From: an uncultured Spirochaetota bacterium
Lineage (GTDB): Bacteria > Spirochaetota > Spirochaetia > SZUA-6 > Fen-1364
DNA: 64,000 nucleotides
NCBI GenBank assembly: GCA_963734545.1
Contig: CAVTHO010000004.1
Coordinates: forward strand, 608,001 to 672,000
Reading direction: 5' to 3'
Part shown: piece by piece, positions 60,746-64,000 of the stretch
Numbering within the stretch: position 1 is the first letter of the stretch
Layout of the letters: every line of letters starts with the position of its first letter
Notes under the pieces: model-generated
The model's database searches: none
Told to the model about the DNA's origin: nothing
Seen by the model: only the letters and a program-made list of their open reading frames with translations
Position numbers and translations under genes: made by a program

Positions 60746-62095
60746 CTATTTCTGGTAGCCCCCGTCCTTCGCAACCTGGTTGAACAGGTCATTCGTCCTC
60801 TGTATTGCTTCATCCAGGGTGATCTTGTCAACCACGTAGTCGGCAAGGTACTGGGTCATCTGCGTGCCCGCATCCGCAAACTCGGGGATCGCGATGTACT
60901 GAAGCCCGACATAGGGAACCGGCTGAAGGGTCGGGTGCGTGAAATCCGTGGATTCGAGCGTCTTGAGAGTCATTGTCGCATAGGGAGCTTTCCGGTACGC
61001 GGGAAGCTTGTACGTGGAGGATCGGGAGGCCGGCGGCGTGCTCGATCCGGTCGGGTCCAGGTCCACCGTCATCTTGATGAAGTCCTTGGAGGTGGCCCAG
61101 AGCATGAAGTCGAACACTGCCTGCTTCTTGTCCTCATCGCTCTTGGGGTTGATGCCCATGGACCAGTTCCATAGCCATGCCGTATTGGTCTGCATCTTCT
61201 GGTGCGGGGGCATCGCGTATCCGACCTTGCCCTTCACCTTGGATCCCGCGGATTCCAGGGGCGGTGCAATGGAGGTTGCATCATAGTAGATGCCGCACTT
61301 GCCCGACTGCATGAGCGCGATGCACTCGTTGTACGTGTAGGAGAGGATGTCCTTCTGGCCCGCATCGCGAAGGATCGACTTGTACATCCGCCATGCAGCT
61401 CTCTGCTCGGGCGTGTCCACGGTCGCGTTCCAGTTCATGTCGTAGAATCGGCCGCCGAAGGCGTTCACGATCGTGACGAATGGGGCTCCGCTCATGCCCC
61501 AGCCGGGAGCGCCGCGCATGGTCATTCCGACGATTCCCTTTGCCGGATCGTTGATCTTCTTGGCCAGGACATAGATCTCGTCCCACGTAGGATTGTCCGG
61601 CATCTTCAGCTTCTTGGCGGCAAAGAGCTCCTTGTTGTACATGATGAACGAGCTCTCCCCGTAGAAGGGGATTGCATATTCCTCTCCGTTGAGCGAGACC
61701 GACCCCACCATTCCCTGGATCAGGTCCGCCCGGTCGTACCAGGCGAGCTTGGCGGCGGGCAGCGCCTTGAAATAGGGCTCCAGATTCTCGAGCCACCCGT
61801 TCTTGGCCCAGTTGCTGGCCTCGTAGGGGCCGATGAAGAACATGTCATAGGTCGTCCCGCCCGTTGAAGCCTCCGTGGTGAGCTTCTGCCGCAGGTCGTT
61901 CTCCGGGAGGACCGCGATGTTGACCGTCACTCCGTCTGCCTTGTACTTGTCCTTTGCAATTCGCGACAAGGCCTGGGAAATAGGATTGTTCGCCAGCGCG
62001 ATGTTGATGGTCACGTCCGCAAAGGCTTGCGCGCCCGAGACCAGGAACAGCGACAGGCACATGATACACATGAGAAAAACAGAGACTCTCTTCAT
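60746..62095 (-). CDS. Sugar/polyol ABC transporter substrate-binding protein (SmoE-like)
   Basis: Signal peptide; LPENDLRQK, PFYGES, YDAT, PYVG.QY..IPEF; GAGGAGGAG RBS. Confidence 0.9.
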   Translation of the reverse strand: MKRVSVFLMCIMCLSLFLVSGAQAFADVTINIALANNPISQALSRIAKDKYKADGVTVNIAVLPENDLRQKLTTEASTGGTTYDMFFIGPYEASNWAKNGWLENLEPYFKALPAAKLAWYDRADLIQGMVGSVSLNGEEYAIPFYGESSFIMYNKELFAAKKLKMPDNPTWDEIYVLAKKINDPAKGIVGMTMRGAPGWGMSGAPFVTIVNAFGGRFYDMNWNATVDTPEQRAAWRMYKSILRDAGQKDILSYTYNECIALMQSGKCGIYYDATSIAPPLESAGSKVKGKVGYAMPPHQKMQTNTAWLWNWSMGINPKSDEDKKQAVFDFMLWATSKDFIKMTVDLDPTGSSTPPASRSSTYKLPAYRKAPYATMTLKTLESTDFTHPTLQPVPYVGLQYIAIPEFADAGTQMTQYLADYVVDKITLDEAIQRTNDLFNQVAKDGGYQK

Positions 62096-62262
62096 GGTAC
62101 TCCTCCTCATCGAGAGACATAGGCAGGCCATGGTCCCAGCCTGCTGCGGGAATAGTAGTGCCGGGTATCCCCGCCTGGAAGTTACCGGGGTACCGAAGTT
62201 TGCAAGAATTGTACTAGTACCCGGGGCTGTGTTATCCTCCTGCCGTTGATGAAGTCCGATCT

Positions 62263-63486
62263 ATGCAGCTACAACCGTGGATCGCGGCCCGAGCGTCCCG
62301 CATAGGCACCATTCTCACGGGTCACACCGTGGCCGGCCTGCTGTTCTTCTTCTCTTTTCGCGATTTCGAGCTCCGCCCGATCTGGCTCCCGCAATTCTAC
62401 GTCCTCCTGGTCCTCGCGACGATGCTTCTGCTGCTGGTGCGGCGGCTCCGGAAGAATGTGTATCGGGTCGTCGTTCTTCTCTGCGCGATGATGGTCGAGG
62501 TGGTGATCGGCATCCCCCAGGGACCCGACCTGACAACCGGGGCCGTGCTGGGAACCGTGTTCATCTGGGTGACGATGACGGAGGTCCGGGGAATCGTCGC
62601 CACGGTGATCTCCCTCGGCTACTCCCTCGTGCTCGCGTCCATGCACTGGCCGCTGGTCGCGTGGGGTGTGAGGGTCGAAGGGGCGCCCCCGGAGTACGCG
62701 GTCCTCTTCGGCCTCTACCTCGTCTTCATGACGTGGCTCGCGGGTCTTGTGGGATCGCGGGGTCACGTGATACGAAGCCAGCAGGAAGAGATGCTCCGAA
62801 TCGACCGTACCGTCAAGGCGCTCTCGGAGGCGAACCTGGATTTCCAGGAGCTCGCCACGCGGGTGCAGAGCGAAACCGAGGAGCAGGAGCGCAAGCGCAT
62901 TGCCCGCGAGGTGCACGACATCGTAGGCTATACGCTCACGAATATCCAGATGATGATGGAAGCGGCAACGGACCTCGCCAAGGGGAGGAAAGAAGGGTTG
63001 GAGGATCTCCTGGTGAAGTCCCGCAACCAGGCGCAGCGCGGGCTCCTGGAGACCCGCCGGGCCATGCGGAACCTGCGGGAGACACCCGTCCTTCGGTCCA
63101 GCGGGATGCGGAGAATCGCCGATGTGGCGCGGATCTTCGAGAGAGCGACGAAGGTCTCCGTGCACGTGCACTTCGGCAACGTCCCCCCGAGCTTCGGCAC
63201 CGCGGTGGACGAAGTGGTCTATCGCACGGTGCAGGAATCCCTGACAAATGCGCTGCGCCACGGAAACGCCACGGAGATCTCCGTGAACTTCTGGGCGGTG
63301 GACAGCGCGGTGCGGATCAGCATCTCCGACAACGGGGAGGGTTCCAAGGAGATCGTCCCGGGGGTCGGGCTGGCGGGGATGATGGAGCGCATCGCGCAGC
63401 TCGGCGGCACAATGAAGGCGGAGAACCTGCCCTTCGGATTCCACGTCCTGGCCGAGATTCCGCTGCGGCCGCAGGGGGAAAGATGA
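62263..63486 (+). CDS. Membrane sensor histidine kinase (HisKA_3, NarX/DesK type)
   Basis: Motifs ERKRIAREVHD, QESLTNALRHG, DNGEG, GLAGMMER. Confidence 0.92.
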   Translation: MQLQPWIAARASRIGTILTGHTVAGLLFFFSFRDFELRPIWLPQFYVLLVLATMLLLLVRRLRKNVYRVVVLLCAMMVEVVIGIPQGPDLTTGAVLGTVFIWVTMTEVRGIVATVISLGYSLVLASMHWPLVAWGVRVEGAPPEYAVLFGLYLVFMTWLAGLVGSRGHVIRSQQEEMLRIDRTVKALSEANLDFQELATRVQSETEEQERKRIAREVHDIVGYTLTNIQMMMEAATDLAKGRKEGLEDLLVKSRNQAQRGLLETRRAMRNLRETPVLRSSGMRRIADVARIFERATKVSVHVHFGNVPPSFGTAVDEVVYRTVQESLTNALRHGNATEISVNFWAVDSAVRISISDNGEGSKEIVPGVGLAGMMERIAQLGGTMKAENLPFGFHVLAEIPLRPQGER

Positions 63487-64000
63487 GCAAAACACGGGTC
63501 CTGCTTGCTGATGACCAGGTCCTGTTCGTGGAAAGCCTCCGCACGGTGCTGGAGACGCGCGCCACGGACTTCGAAGTCGTGGGTGTCGCCCTGAGCGGCC
63601 GGGAGGCCATACGGCTCGTGGTCGAAAAACAGCCGGATATCATCCTCATGGACGTGCGCATGCCGGACATGGACGGTGTGGAGGCGACAAAGATCATTCA
63701 CGAGGCGTACCCCGACATCCACGTCCTCATGCTCACGACCTTCGACGACGACGTGTATGTCGTCGAGGCCCTGAACCACGGAGCGGCAGGCTATCTGCTC
63801 AAGGACATCCCCCCGGAAGAGCTGATCGTCTCTCTCCGCGCCGTCTGCAGCGGCTCCGTCATCATCTCGCCCCAGGTGGCGAACAAGGTGCTGCGCGCCC
63901 GGGAGGGGGACACGGCGCCCGATGAAGGGGAGACTCGACCCGCGCCGTCCGCGGACAACCCCTTCCTCCGCTTCCTGAGCAGACGGGAGGTCGAGATCCT
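63483..64000 (+). CDS. NarL/LuxR-family response regulator (truncated by window end)
   Basis: Translated by hand: MSKTRVLLADD, DIILMDVRMP, LTTFDD, GYLLK, then LSRREVEI at the start of the HTH. Confidence 0.92.
   Translation, partial: MSKTRVLLADDQVLFVESLRTVLETRATDFEVVGVALSGREAIRLVVEKQPDIILMDVRMPDMDGVEATKIIHEAYPDIHVLMLTTFDDDVYVVEALNHGAAGYLLKDIPPEELIVSLRAVCSGSVIISPQVANKVLRAREGDTAPDEGETRPAPSADNPFLRFLSRREVEI

Overview
A 64 kb, high-GC bacterial chromosomal segment. Gene content suggests a Spirochaetia-like environmental organism (inference only). No rRNA, tRNA, CRISPR array or IS element was recognised. Most of the window is housekeeping and sugar metabolism: psuG/psuK-like, xylB, xylA, pyk, dnaK-dnaJ, hisD, folC, rqcH, valS, rbsK, and a polyol ABC transporter with a two-component system. 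Eight single-base frameshifts in seven genes, including valS, look like read or assembly errors. The most interesting locus is 6278-15726. It holds a 1171-aa fusion of three PilZ domains, a LuxD-like acyl-thioesterase and a SAM methyltransferase; an adenylate-forming ligase with a degenerate P-loop; an acyl carrier protein; a B12 radical SAM enzyme; and a membrane histidine kinase-REC-HD-GYP fusion. I interpret this as a candidate lipid-signal synthesis and sensing circuit with c-di-GMP feedback. Other notable items are an ECF sigma/anti-sigma/exported caspase module behind a mirror-symmetric candidate bidirectional promoter, an MshEN-like-GAF pseudo-histidine kinase, an atypical short-form DnaK, a polyamine cluster, and many apparently leaderless genes. 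All family assignments come from motif recognition by eye; no database searches were run.
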